Shown here: one piece after another, positions 37,536 through 47,722 of the stretch
Layout: each line of letters starts with the position of its first letter
Numbering within the stretch: position 1 is the first letter of the stretch
Assembly (NCBI GenBank): GCA_049599475.1
Contig: JBMYOQ010000002.1
Location: 95,795 to 159,794 of the forward strand
DNA: 64,000 nucleotides
Direction: 5' to 3'
DNA from: Opitutales bacterium
GTDB lineage: Bacteria > Verrucomicrobiota > Verrucomicrobiia > Opitutales > JABSRG01
Notes under the pieces: generated by a model
What the model saw: the letters and a program-made list of their open reading frames with translations, nothing else
What the model was told of the DNA's origin: nothing
Database searches by the model: none
Made by a program: the position numbers and the translations under genes

Positions 37536-38849
37536 CTATACCTCCCATCCTGCTCGGTATTCCTTGCTCAGGTATTTATTCGCTGCATCAAAATTACGGA
37601 TACGATGATTTTTCGAATCCCATTCGAGGCTCTGTTCTGGGAAATGAGATGCGAGGCCGCCTAGTAGGACTGTCTCTGTAAGAGGGCCTCCATATTCGAC
37701 GAAGTCCGCGATTGGGTTCACATCTTTGCCGAGAACTGCTTCCACATAATCGAGGTAATGGTTGCGTGCTTGCAGCCTTGGGTAACGGTAATCTTGGTAT
37801 TTCTCGCGTGGGTAGGGGATCGGGAGTTGCTGGTGGGGTTGTAACAAGACGCCGTCAGTGCCGACAAAGATAGAGCCTTGTGCAGGCATTTTGTTTCCGA
37901 ATTGTTCGGTGAGCCCCTTAGGTGGTTTGGCGGCTCCGTCGGTCCAGTAGACTTTTACGGTGTCTCCTGCGGTATATTCGTTGCCGGAAAATGTGTATTC
38001 AAATGCTTCATCGAGTGCCCAGTTAGTCGCGTTGGGTTGATTCCCAGTTGATTTGACTGATAGAGGCAAGCGCACCTTGAGTGCTTGAAACATAGGACTG
38101 TAGAGATGGCATCCCATATCTCCCAAGGTGCCCGTACCAAAGCCGAGGCGTTTGCGCCAGTTTTTTGGATGATAGTAGCCCTCTATGTAATTGCGCTCTG
38201 GTGCAGGACCCAGCCATCGATTCCAATCAAATTCGGAGGGAATGGGATCCGTGTGAGATGGCAGAGGCTGATCATCACCCCACGTCTTGAAGCAAAACAT
38301 GTGGACTTCTGATACCTTGCCGATCACGCCGTCCTGAATCATCTGAGCCGCCAGGCGCTCATAAGTGCTTGATGCGACCTGAATGCCCATTTGGGTGACG
38401 ACCTTCGACTCTGCCGCGACGTCCATCATCCGCTTAGTCTCGTGAAGCGTGTGCGCCAAGGGCTTCTGTCCATATACATTCAGTCCGAGCTGCATGGAGG
38501 CGATGCCCATGGGGGCGTGCATGTGGTCGGGAGTCGAGACGTTGACTGAGTCGATGTGTTTATGCTCTTTATCGAGGAGTTCCCGCCAGTCTTTGTAAAC
38601 GCGGACTTCAGGGAATTTTTTGAGTAGTTTGGGTAGATTGCGGTCATCGATCTCAGCTACTGCGACGAGGTCTAAGTGCTTATGCCTTGTGAGATTGTTG
38701 ATATCTCTGGCGGCCATTCCGGAAGCACCGAAGCTGGCATGGCTTACCCTCTCATTGGCAGAAGGGCCTGCGCGCCCTATGTTGAAAAGGCTGAATCCGG
38801 AAGCTGCTAGAGCGGTCTTTTGAATGAAGTGACGTCTCGTTTGTTGCAT
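37536..38849 (-). CDS. Tat-exported Gfo/Idh/MocA NAD(P)-dependent oxidoreductase
   Basis: Tat motif TRRHFIQ; 'STPDHMH', 'QKPLA', 'GTLGDMGCH'. Confidence 0.92.
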   Translation of the reverse strand: MQQTRRHFIQKTALAASGFSLFNIGRAGPSANERVSHASFGASGMAARDINNLTRHKHLDLVAVAEIDDRNLPKLLKKFPEVRVYKDWRELLDKEHKHIDSVNVSTPDHMHAPMGIASMQLGLNVYGQKPLAHTLHETKRMMDVAAESKVVTQMGIQVASSTYERLAAQMIQDGVIGKVSEVHMFCFKTWGDDQPLPSHTDPIPSEFDWNRWLGPAPERNYIEGYYHPKNWRKRLGFGTGTLGDMGCHLYSPMFQALKVRLPLSVKSTGNQPNATNWALDEAFEYTFSGNEYTAGDTVKVYWTDGAAKPPKGLTEQFGNKMPAQGSIFVGTDGVLLQPHQQLPIPYPREKYQDYRYPRLQARNHYLDYVEAVLGKDVNPIADFVEYGGPLTETVLLGGLASHFPEQSLEWDSKNHRIRNFDAANKYLSKEYRAGWEV

Positions 38850-38869
38850 GAGCTAGGTTCTTTCTTTGT

Positions 38870-40282
38870 CTAAGAAACAATCGCCAGAGGATCCGTGTTC
38901 TTCCAATTGCCACGCGTAAAGTCGGGGAATTGTTGAGGCATGCCGCCTTGCGCCACTGATGCTTCGCTGAGGGGCCCTACGGAGCTCCAGAATGCGCTTT
39001 CATAAACATTTTGGTCCAGCGGTTCACCATTGAGTAAGCATTCTGCCATTCGGATTAATTTTATGGCATCCATACCCCCGTGGCCGCCCATGGATTTGGC
39101 GAGTTCTTGAGTCCGTTTGTAAAGAGGATGATCGTAGGTTTCATAGATGTAGGCGAGCTTTTCATCTTCGGCCCATTGGTGGTAATTCTTGGGAGCCCCT
39201 GGGTATTTCATCTCAAGGGCAACACGGGTTGGGAAGCCCGCTAGGGTACCTTCGGTACCTTGTATCAAGTTATGCCGAGTGTAGGGGCGAGGACTCGTTT
39301 CATCCCATTGGATCATAATCGTCCGGCCTACATACGTTTTGATTATGGATGTATTGATGTCCCCGCACTTATATTCTAACTGATTCCATTTGTGGTCCGC
39401 GGGGAAGTTTTCTTTTGCGTATTTTGCACGCCCGAGCGCTTGGGACGACATGGATACAATCGAACCGTAATTGTCGTCGCCTCGTGCCAGATTCATGTAT
39501 TGAGAAATTGGGCCCAAGCCATGGGGTGGATACAAATTTCCATTGCGTTTTGCATAGTGCAAAGTGCGCCAGAAACCAGTGCCCCGATCCACATTTCGCA
39601 TTTGCTTACGAAGCTCGTGGATGTAGGCGGATTCCCCATGTACTAGTTCTCCAATGACACCTTGGCGCACCATGTTGAGAAACATCAATTCCTCGCGGCC
39701 GTAGTTGACATTCTCCATCATCATGCAGTGTTTCTGGGTGCGTTCACTGCAATCGATGACACGCCACAAGTCCTTGATCGTTGTGGCTAGCGGTAGCTCT
39801 ACGAATGTGTGCGCGCCCGCTTCCATTGAAGCAATCGCCATCTCCGCATGGTCTTCCCAAGGAGTCGCTATAAGGACCGTATTAGGCTTTACCTCCTCGA
39901 GCATCCGCTTCCACGCGTTCTTTGAGCCGTGATAAAGTTTGATGTCTGGATGCTTTTCATTTCCGCCCTTACGCAGGATACGTTGCTTCGTCTTAGTCGC
40001 TAAATCTTCATATACGTCACATAATCCGACAATCTCGACGCCTTCCAATTTCGAGAAGCGATCTGCCTGCTTTGATCCCCGAGATCCGGTGCCGATGATG
40101 ACCGCACGCACTTTGTCGAGTTTTGGAGCTGCATAGCCTCCCATGTACCGTGCCCCCGCCCCACGTTTGGGACCTTCGGATGGATTCGCGAGGCCGAGTC
40201 GAGGAGTCAACGCGGCAGCTGCCGCCGAAATGCCGGCAAATCCTTTAAAGAATGTACGACGTGAGGGAGAGTATTTATTCAT
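38870..40282 (-). CDS. GH109 NAD+-dependent glycosidase (alpha-N-acetylgalactosaminidase family), Tat-exported
   Basis: Tat SRRTFFK; 'IGTGSRG', 'ATPWEDH', 'MENVNY', 'YPPHGLGP', 'SPRPYTR', catalytic 'GGHGGMD'. Confidence 0.9.
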   Translation of the reverse strand: MNKYSPSRRTFFKGFAGISAAAAALTPRLGLANPSEGPKRGAGARYMGGYAAPKLDKVRAVIIGTGSRGSKQADRFSKLEGVEIVGLCDVYEDLATKTKQRILRKGGNEKHPDIKLYHGSKNAWKRMLEEVKPNTVLIATPWEDHAEMAIASMEAGAHTFVELPLATTIKDLWRVIDCSERTQKHCMMMENVNYGREELMFLNMVRQGVIGELVHGESAYIHELRKQMRNVDRGTGFWRTLHYAKRNGNLYPPHGLGPISQYMNLARGDDNYGSIVSMSSQALGRAKYAKENFPADHKWNQLEYKCGDINTSIIKTYVGRTIMIQWDETSPRPYTRHNLIQGTEGTLAGFPTRVALEMKYPGAPKNYHQWAEDEKLAYIYETYDHPLYKRTQELAKSMGGHGGMDAIKLIRMAECLLNGEPLDQNVYESAFWSSVGPLSEASVAQGGMPQQFPDFTRGNWKNTDPLAIVS

Positions 40283-40347
40283 GAGATGAGGATGGATTTA
40301 TCGTTTTTTCTAATGATTTGTGAATTGGGGGGAAATTGGGAAACGGA

Positions 40348-42306
40348 TTACTGTTTGAATTGCACCGAATCTAGGAGAATGCTTTTTGGGCTATCTAAGC
40401 CGGCTGTTAGTGTAAAAGTTCCTTCAGCAAAGACGGGAGCCTCGAAGCTTTCTCCTTCGGTTCTGTAGCAGTAGATGAGTTCTCCTGTCTCGGAGTCTGT
40501 TAAGGCGACGACGGCATTGGGTGTCGGTAGTTCAACACGGGGCAGTGTGCCGATTGTCTTACGCCCATCGTTTTGTTTTGTGTTGAAAGTAATGGGCCAA
40601 CCTTCGAATTGTGCGGAATCGCCTTGGCTGAGATCTGCAAAGCGGGGCCAGCATTCAAAGGTGATGTCTCCGCTGGGTTTGTGAATATGTATGAGGCCGT
40701 ATCCATCGCCGCGATTCTCGCGCCAAGAATCCTTTCGTATTTGATTCATGCTGATCGCCTCTGGATTGGCATAGGCCATCATCGTAATTTTGTTGCCAAG
40801 CCCATCCTCGTAATCGCCGACCCACGGGAGGATTGACTGTACCGGAGCTCCCAGACCGGTGGATTCCGACTCTGGCCACCACCAGCGACCATAAACTGTA
40901 TTGACGAGAGCAGGACTGGTGAAGGCGAAGGGACCATCGCGGTGGGATTCGATGCCGTGTTGAACAACGACGCCAAGGTGTTGATCTCCACATAGGTGAG
41001 TCGCACGTGCGGCGCGCAGGATACGCAGTGCATTATCTCGCCCATTTTGGGGCCAACCGTTACAATCGAGATCGGCTAGGAGGCGTTTTTGGGGGCTACC
41101 GTGTAGGTGGACCGCACCGGCAAAAGCGGTTTGTGATAAGGCGACTTTCATACTCGCGTCCGTCCAGTCGCGTGCCCAGTGATCGAGGAACTCCAGTTGG
41201 CGTTCGCCGAGTAGCTTTAGCCCAGGAAGATTGATTGCATTCCGGTCGTAACTAGGGTCGTTGATATGATCAGGACGTGGCCCCATTTGTGGAATATTTC
41301 CTTTAGGCGCGGATTTAAATTTGCGGTCTTCGAGAATTGCGAAACTGACCCCACCAACATTCAGATCTGTATAGTAAACGCCAATACCTTGTTCGACGGG
41401 GGTGGAATCGAAGGGATCAGGTAGATTGCTTGTCTGTTGACGCTGTACCATGTTTACAAACGACGGTGGATACATGTAGCCGCCGTCATTGCCCTTGAAC
41501 TCGGGTGAAGAGGCCTTGCCCCCTGCACCCCAAAGGTTGCCGTGTCCAATGTCGTGATCATCAGGGATACACACGGTTGGTCGGTCTTTCATGACGTCTC
41601 GAAACTGCATGCCAAATTGAAGCCAACCGAAGGTCGCTTCGTCGTGCGTATAGTTTTGGTCGCCTGCAAAGAATAAAAGATCCGGGTTGTGGATCTGCAA
41701 ATTCTGGACGACTTGGTTTCGGGTAAAGCGTTCCTTGTCTCGGGGGGAATTACATGACATTGAGGCGACAACAAGCGTATCTTTGTCCACCGGATCCTTG
41801 CGGATTAGGCCCTCGAATGTAGAGAGATCTGCCAACCTTAATCGATAGGGGACGTCTTCACTATTATCCCAATTTTCGATACGAAATTGAACATCCCACC
41901 CAGGGTAGTTGACGGGTTGTTCGATACTTTTCTCCCAGATGCCATTTCTTTGGAACTCTAAGCTAACCATTTTGGGCTCATCAGGTAGCAGAGGAAAGCA
42001 TTGGGCGGTCAATTTGAGGACACCGTGGTCGTGTGTGTATAAGGCAAATGCCAATGCTTTTTCGCGGGGTATGCTCTGCAACCATGCCGCCATTTCCTGC
42101 TCAGGCCAGCTCTTCTTGTTGCCTTTGGGACTGTCATGGGGGCCGTTTTCTTTCGAAGGGTACTTCCACCATTCCCCGATTGCAACGTTGTCCGATTGGT
42201 GCGCTGTCTGGCTTTCCTTCCCGAAAGGATACGGCGCGTTGTAATCCGGCTGAGCAGATAGAGCAGTCGCCAGAAGGGAGGCTAGGAAAACAGATTGGGG
42301 TGTCAT
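40348..42306 (-). CDS. PhoD-like metallophosphoesterase
   Basis: 'FFAGDQNY', 'PDDHD', 'EDRKFK', 'LLGERQLEFL', 'CGDQH'. Confidence 0.8.
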   Translation of the reverse strand: MTPQSVFLASLLATALSAQPDYNAPYPFGKESQTAHQSDNVAIGEWWKYPSKENGPHDSPKGNKKSWPEQEMAAWLQSIPREKALAFALYTHDHGVLKLTAQCFPLLPDEPKMVSLEFQRNGIWEKSIEQPVNYPGWDVQFRIENWDNSEDVPYRLRLADLSTFEGLIRKDPVDKDTLVVASMSCNSPRDKERFTRNQVVQNLQIHNPDLLFFAGDQNYTHDEATFGWLQFGMQFRDVMKDRPTVCIPDDHDIGHGNLWGAGGKASSPEFKGNDGGYMYPPSFVNMVQRQQTSNLPDPFDSTPVEQGIGVYYTDLNVGGVSFAILEDRKFKSAPKGNIPQMGPRPDHINDPSYDRNAINLPGLKLLGERQLEFLDHWARDWTDASMKVALSQTAFAGAVHLHGSPQKRLLADLDCNGWPQNGRDNALRILRAARATHLCGDQHLGVVVQHGIESHRDGPFAFTSPALVNTVYGRWWWPESESTGLGAPVQSILPWVGDYEDGLGNKITMMAYANPEAISMNQIRKDSWRENRGDGYGLIHIHKPSGDITFECWPRFADLSQGDSAQFEGWPITFNTKQNDGRKTIGTLPRVELPTPNAVVALTDSETGELIYCYRTEGESFEAPVFAEGTFTLTAGLDSPKSILLDSVQFKQ

Positions 42307-42347
42307 GATAGTTCGAATTTGAGCTTTCCATCGAATATACTCGACCC

Positions 42348-43715
42348 CTACTGCTTATTCACGCCGTCAGAGCCAGGTATATATTTAGCCATCGCGGTCT
42401 TCAGAGAATCATACTCAGGATTGCCTGCGATGTTGTGAATCTCGTCGAGGTCCGTCTTGTGGTCATAGAGTTCTTCACTGCCATCCTCGTATCGGATGTA
42501 TCGATACCGTTCGCTTTGTATGGCGAAATGCCCCTTGCCAAGCTGAATGATAGACGGGTGGGGCCAATCCAGTGTTGGCCGATCCATTAAGGGGACGAGG
42601 CTGCGGCCTTCGTTTCTCTCGTTCTTCGGCAGGCCTGTTAGCTCGACGAGAGTCGGATACATATCGAGCAGGCTAACAACACGGTCTGTATGTTGCCCCG
42701 CAGGGACGCCTGGGCCGGCGAATACAAATGGCACGTGTGAGGAGCGCTCGTAAGTCGTAATCTTCTGGAACGTATTCTTTTCCCCAATGTGGTACCCATG
42801 GTCGGACCAGAAGACGATTATCGTATTGTCCTTGTAAGGGCTAGATTCGAGTGCTTCGAGAACACGCCCGACTTGATGATCGACGAAACTAATACATGCC
42901 AAGTAGGCGTGTACGATGTCGCGGTATTTACCGTTCTTGATCGCCCATTCAGTCGAAGGCATATGCTTGCTGCGGTTAACCTTTCGAGAGATCGCGGGGA
43001 CATCTTCCATGTCGTCAGGCTCGAAGCGCGGAAGCTTGATTGCATCGCGGTCATAGAGATCAAACCACTTCTTGGGCGCATACCAAGGCACGTGCGGGCG
43101 AAGGAATCCGACCATAAGCATGAAGGGCTCATCATGCTGCTCTTGCAAGCGCTCGACTGCCCAGGTCGCCGTCTGGTGATCGGCCAAGTCCTCATCGCGG
43201 TCTGGGGCGATAGCCCAGTCGGTGCTGGTCCCTTTCTGAGGCCATTGTGCTTTGAGGTTCCCTGTGCCGTGATTGAATTCTTTGCGTCCACCTGAGAGAT
43301 CTGCGGAGTCTCGGGGCAGGTGGCGGTGCATGATTTTGCCGATCGCCATCGTTTTATAGCCATGCTTGCTGAAATAGGTATGCATGAGCTCGGCTCCCAG
43401 ATCGTTAACGATTTTCGCGACGCCATCGTCTTTGGTGTTCTTGATGATTCCGGAAGTGTATGGAAAAAGCCCCGACATGACGCTCGCTCGAGAAGGCGAG
43501 CACAGTGGATACTGGCAATGAGCTTTGTTAAAGGCAGTTCCCGAGGCCGCTAGGCGATCCATATTGGGTGTGATGACATCAGGGTATAGACCCATGTAGC
43601 TGGCGAAATCATTCATGTCGTCCACAGAAATCATGAGGACGTTGGGGTGATCCTTCGCGTGCATTGGGGGCGTTAGAATCGCTGCAGAGAGAGTGAGGAG
43701 GAAAGAGAGTCTCAT
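42348..43715 (-). CDS. Sulfatase (iduronate-2-sulfatase-like S1)
   Basis: 'PNVLMISVDDMN', 'CQYPLCSPSRAS', 'GFLRPHVPW', 'WSDHGYHIGEK'. Confidence 0.95.
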   Translation of the reverse strand: MRLSFLLTLSAAILTPPMHAKDHPNVLMISVDDMNDFASYMGLYPDVITPNMDRLAASGTAFNKAHCQYPLCSPSRASVMSGLFPYTSGIIKNTKDDGVAKIVNDLGAELMHTYFSKHGYKTMAIGKIMHRHLPRDSADLSGGRKEFNHGTGNLKAQWPQKGTSTDWAIAPDRDEDLADHQTATWAVERLQEQHDEPFMLMVGFLRPHVPWYAPKKWFDLYDRDAIKLPRFEPDDMEDVPAISRKVNRSKHMPSTEWAIKNGKYRDIVHAYLACISFVDHQVGRVLEALESSPYKDNTIIVFWSDHGYHIGEKNTFQKITTYERSSHVPFVFAGPGVPAGQHTDRVVSLLDMYPTLVELTGLPKNERNEGRSLVPLMDRPTLDWPHPSIIQLGKGHFAIQSERYRYIRYEDGSEELYDHKTDLDEIHNIAGNPEYDSLKTAMAKYIPGSDGVNKQ

Positions 43716-43747
43716 ATTATTTGGAAAAAGTAGATTGGATGGTGTAT

Positions 43748-45994
43748 TTAATTGCCTGAGTTGGCTTCTCTCGCTTGTCGGATGGCTTTTTTCTCAGTTT
43801 TTCGTACGGCCTTGGCAGCGGCTTTGGTCCGGATTGCCGCAAGTTCTTCTTCGGTAACACTCCACTCGATGTTGGGCTGGTCTATGAAATCGAAGTTTAT
43901 CTTGTCCCAATAGGCCGTGGGGACGTTCATCCTGAATTTGTCGGTCTTCGTATTTAGGGCCAATTTTGACTTATCTCGAACATCCCAGATGACCATTGTG
44001 TTTTCATGATCGAGAACGGGGTTGCCAAACTTCTCGCGAGGAACGTTGTCGAGCACCATTTGAATCATCCGTGGGTGATCGGCTTTCCACCCTGTAGGGC
44101 TTACGTCGATACCGTATTCGGTGATCTTTCGGTAAATGTCTTTCAGCTTGTCTGTCTCAACGCCCACTGTCTTTGGAATGCCATCGGCAGGGAAAAAGTT
44201 GCCCTCGGATATATTGTGGAATAGTGCGTCCGCTAGGATGCCTCCGCGCGGCGCTTCTGTGAGGCGAACGATGCCATGGGTATCTCGCGGTCCTGGGGCT
44301 CCGCCGACATTGCCATGTTCGCCGGCTACGAAATTATCAAAAAAGGTCTCAGTGCGTTCGGAGCCGAGGCCCTTCAATTTCCCTAGGATGATCCCGTTTG
44401 CATAGATTAGGTTGCTGCTGTAGATTTGCTCTTTGCATGGAAACATGATGGCAAATCCGTCCGCCCCTTTTTTCTCACTGTAGATAGTATTATTCCTTAC
44501 TTCGACATGAGGTGTCAGTTTTTGGCGGATACCGGAAGTTCCGCTGTAGAGGATCATATTGTTTTTGAAACGAATCTTGAGCTTGGGGTCAGTGGTTTCG
44601 TCCATAACGATCGTTTTTCCCTCATCGAGGTGCATCATCAGGTAGAAGGGTTTGGCCAGTGAGTAAATGCGTTGCTCGACATTGAATATGAGGTTGCCCG
44701 AGATGTCGTAGCGGTAGAAACGCGGATCGTCTTCTTCGCCGTAGATATGCTCATACTGTCGATGTATCCCATGGCCGCCGCTGTAGGATGAGTGGGCTAT
44801 ATTGAAAATAATATTGTCATGGATCCTTACATAGCGACTCTTGCCTGGCATATTGATGCCTTTCTGAAAAAAGTCCTGAATGATGCAGTTTCTGACTGTC
44901 ACATGTTCCGCCCATGAAATGGCGACGCCCCCGCGGCCCCCACGCTTTATTTTACCGCGCGACCAGAAATTGGCCATAGCCTCCCAGTGGTCTACAACGG
45001 ATTTGCCATCCATGTGAAAGCCATCGGTAATACTGTGGCTGCCTTTGATTACCATGGCATACTGAGTCCCCTCGGTATTGATGAGTTTTACATACTCGTT
45101 GCCGTAGGGGGTGATTGTAATCTCTTTTCCCAATTCTCCCTCGTGCTCGACGCGCGACCGGAGATTTGTGTAGATACCACCACGCATGTAGATGAAACCG
45201 CTGGGTTTTACGTCCTTACAGGCCCTTAGAATCGATTGGAAAGGGTTTGTGGGGCTTCCGTCCCCAGTTTCATCACTTCCGGTTGTAGGGCACACGATCA
45301 GGCCTTGGAGGTCGGGCTTGCCCGGTTTTACGGAAATGCTAAGGGGCCACTTTTGCGAGTGTCCCGACGAGGTGCTGAGTTCGATCTCGACTTTGTGGCT
45401 GCCCTTTTGGTGCATCATGGGCGTCCACCTGATAATCCCAGTTTTTTCGATGATCGCTAACCCTATCGGAGCGTTGTGGACCGAGAAGGTGATTTCCTCG
45501 TTGATAGATGGCGGGATCACCTGAGCCTCGAAGCGGTCTCCACTTGCGATCTGAAAATTTCCACCGGATTGGCCAATCGTGGGGATGTCTCGACTACCGG
45601 TGTCTGAAACGGTGCTGCGTGCGGTGGTTTGGGGCGGCGCGCCTACCTGGATATTCAGCGGCCAGACGACACGTTGACCGGTTGATGCGGTCAGGACAAA
45701 GTCTACGCGATGCGGGCCTGCTTGCTCTTCGGTCGGCGTCCAAGCATAAGCAGAAGTGTCTGGGTGGATGTTAAATCCGGAAGGTGCGTTCTCGAGGCTA
45801 TAGGTAACTTTTGCAACGCTGGTTTGGATGACGATACGCCCTTTGAGGGTATCTCCCGGCCGAAGGGTCGTGCTTCGGTCTGGCTGATAAATATCGAACT
45901 CAACGACTGCCGAAAAAGCAGCGCCGCTGAAGAATATCAATTGGAGTAGGGTGAGGAAAGCTAGGAGCTTTCGTGAAGATAGAGGCCAGATCAT
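43748..45994 (-). CDS. Secreted protein with two putative Ig domains and a right-handed beta-helix (DUF1565 / polysaccharide lyase-like)
   Basis: Two 'APxGxxI...WTP' Ig-like repeats; 'GSDETGDGSPTNPFQSI..A...PSGFIYMRGGIY'; 'VRNCII', 'IHDNII', 'ISGNLI', 'VRNNTI' beta-helix rungs. Confidence 0.75.
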   Translation of the reverse strand: MIWPLSSRKLLAFLTLLQLIFFSGAAFSAVVEFDIYQPDRSTTLRPGDTLKGRIVIQTSVAKVTYSLENAPSGFNIHPDTSAYAWTPTEEQAGPHRVDFVLTASTGQRVVWPLNIQVGAPPQTTARSTVSDTGSRDIPTIGQSGGNFQIASGDRFEAQVIPPSINEEITFSVHNAPIGLAIIEKTGIIRWTPMMHQKGSHKVEIELSTSSGHSQKWPLSISVKPGKPDLQGLIVCPTTGSDETGDGSPTNPFQSILRACKDVKPSGFIYMRGGIYTNLRSRVEHEGELGKEITITPYGNEYVKLINTEGTQYAMVIKGSHSITDGFHMDGKSVVDHWEAMANFWSRGKIKRGGRGGVAISWAEHVTVRNCIIQDFFQKGINMPGKSRYVRIHDNIIFNIAHSSYSGGHGIHRQYEHIYGEEDDPRFYRYDISGNLIFNVEQRIYSLAKPFYLMMHLDEGKTIVMDETTDPKLKIRFKNNMILYSGTSGIRQKLTPHVEVRNNTIYSEKKGADGFAIMFPCKEQIYSSNLIYANGIILGKLKGLGSERTETFFDNFVAGEHGNVGGAPGPRDTHGIVRLTEAPRGGILADALFHNISEGNFFPADGIPKTVGVETDKLKDIYRKITEYGIDVSPTGWKADHPRMIQMVLDNVPREKFGNPVLDHENTMVIWDVRDKSKLALNTKTDKFRMNVPTAYWDKINFDFIDQPNIEWSVTEEELAAIRTKAAAKAVRKTEKKAIRQAREANSGN

Positions 45995-46195
45995 ATCGAA
46001 TGCTATGAAGGGGTCAGTCGATTCGGGGGCATCGGCCGTTATTGAGGGATTTTTCTTAGTCTGATATTGTGTGAAATTCGGTCAGTTGTGAGGAGTCTTG
46101 AGCTCGTCGGACGGGTCAGGTTTAAGTTGAAAATTGAGAATGTAGAGTGCTGGGCTAATGCCTCAGTGAAAGGGCTTTGCTCGTGGTTTTAGGAT

Positions 46196-46230
46196 GGTCT
46201 TGAGCTTGCCCAAATAGCTAGCTCAAGACC
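46196..46230. other. 11-bp inverted repeat downstream of the sulfatase (possible terminator or RNA hairpin)
   Basis: GGTCTTGAGCT-N13-AGCTCAAGACC; no clear U-tract. Confidence 0.35.
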
Positions 46231-46294
46231 CATTGAAAAGGAGCGCTTGCCTAATCCGGTGTTTCGGATTGAGCGCGCGCAAATTTTTAGGGAT

Positions 46295-47722
46295 TTAGAG
46301 AGTATTCGGCTCCAGCACATTCCAATCGGGACCTTCTGCCATGACGCTTGCATTTTTCTTCACAAGCTTGGCTTTGAGAGTCTCAACGATTTCAGGATGT
46401 TGCGCGGCAATATCGGTTGTTTGGTTTGGATCCTTTGCTAGATCGAATAGTTGGAATCCTGTGTAGGAACCCTCGCGGAGGGTAGGAATCCAAGCCTCGT
46501 CGAACATGTTTTTGGTCGACATCTCGAAGTCTGGCTGGGCTACAAGGTTGTAATTCCCATCGCGAATCACCACCATCGGTCGCGATTTTTGAAGGTGCCA
46601 ATACATGACAGTTTCCCGCTCAAATTCAGTCTCAGAGCTGGTGAGAATCGAAGAGATGTCTTCGCCGTCTAATACATTCTCGGTGGGTGGATCGATGCCG
46701 AGGAGCCCACAGATCGTGGGCAATACGTCCACGATACCGGATGGGCCTTGTATGACGCGTCCCGCGGGGATCTTACCAGGCCACGTGTAGATGCCCGGTA
46801 CGCGTATGCCGCCTTCCCAGTTTTCCCCTTTGACGCCCCGCAGGTCTCCGACGCGATCGCCGACGTAGCTCCCATTATCCGAAGTATAGATGATCAGGGT
46901 ATTTTCGAGTTCACCCTCGGCTTCTAGTTTTGCGATAAGGCGGGCGATGGCGCGGTCGGTATTGTCGATGGTAGCTGAGTAGATCGCGCGATTGGCCTTC
47001 TTGCCTTTCTTGGGCTTGGCCTTGGGATCATGAGGCATGTCTGTTTTATAAATATCCACAATCTCCTGAGGTGCCGCGATGCGCTGGTGTGGCTCGTGAT
47101 ACCAGATGTTTAGGAAAAAGGGCTCCTTCTTGGACTCGCGATCGTCGAGCCACTGGATCGCCTCGTCTGTGACTATCTGACAGGCATAGCCTTCCATGAC
47201 GCCCAAAGCTTCGCCATTACGGTAGAAATTCTCCGGATTGTGGTGGCTGGGTTCAGCATTATTCGCCGTCGCAAACCAGTAGTCGAAGCCATGATCTGCG
47301 GGGGTGGGCTTATCGTGTGTGAAATAGGGGAGGCCCAGGTGCCATTTACCGAAGTGCCCGGTTGCATAGCCTGCGTCCTTCAGTACTTCAGCAATTGTTA
47401 TTTCGCGTTTCAGGAGGTGTGACTTTTGCCGGACGTCATGAATCCAGCTATAGACGCCTGTGCGTATGTGGTGGCGTCCTGTGAGCATTGTTGCCCGCGA
47501 CGGAGAGCATACCGCAGCCCCGGCATAAAACTCCTCGAAACGCACGCCATTTGCCGCAAGCGAATCGAGAGTCGGTGTCTTCACGGGACCGCCGTAGCAG
47601 CCGATGTCTTTATAGCCTAAATCATCGACGAGAAATAGGATCACGTTGGGCTGATCGGCAGCCTGCAGCGACATCGTGAGTGCCGCTAGTGCAGAGATCT
47701 TTTTGAATAAATGCTTTTTCAT
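46295..47722 (-). CDS. Sulfatase (arylsulfatase-like S1)
   Basis: 'PNVILFLVDDLG', CSPSRA, GKWHLG, 'GFDYWF', SDNG, 'EGGIRVP'. Start overlaps the GH95 stop (TAATG). Confidence 0.95.
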   Translation of the reverse strand: MKKHLFKKISALAALTMSLQAADQPNVILFLVDDLGYKDIGCYGGPVKTPTLDSLAANGVRFEEFYAGAAVCSPSRATMLTGRHHIRTGVYSWIHDVRQKSHLLKREITIAEVLKDAGYATGHFGKWHLGLPYFTHDKPTPADHGFDYWFATANNAEPSHHNPENFYRNGEALGVMEGYACQIVTDEAIQWLDDRESKKEPFFLNIWYHEPHQRIAAPQEIVDIYKTDMPHDPKAKPKKGKKANRAIYSATIDNTDRAIARLIAKLEAEGELENTLIIYTSDNGSYVGDRVGDLRGVKGENWEGGIRVPGIYTWPGKIPAGRVIQGPSGIVDVLPTICGLLGIDPPTENVLDGEDISSILTSSETEFERETVMYWHLQKSRPMVVIRDGNYNLVAQPDFEMSTKNMFDEAWIPTLREGSYTGFQLFDLAKDPNQTTDIAAQHPEIVETLKAKLVKKNASVMAEGPDWNVLEPNTL

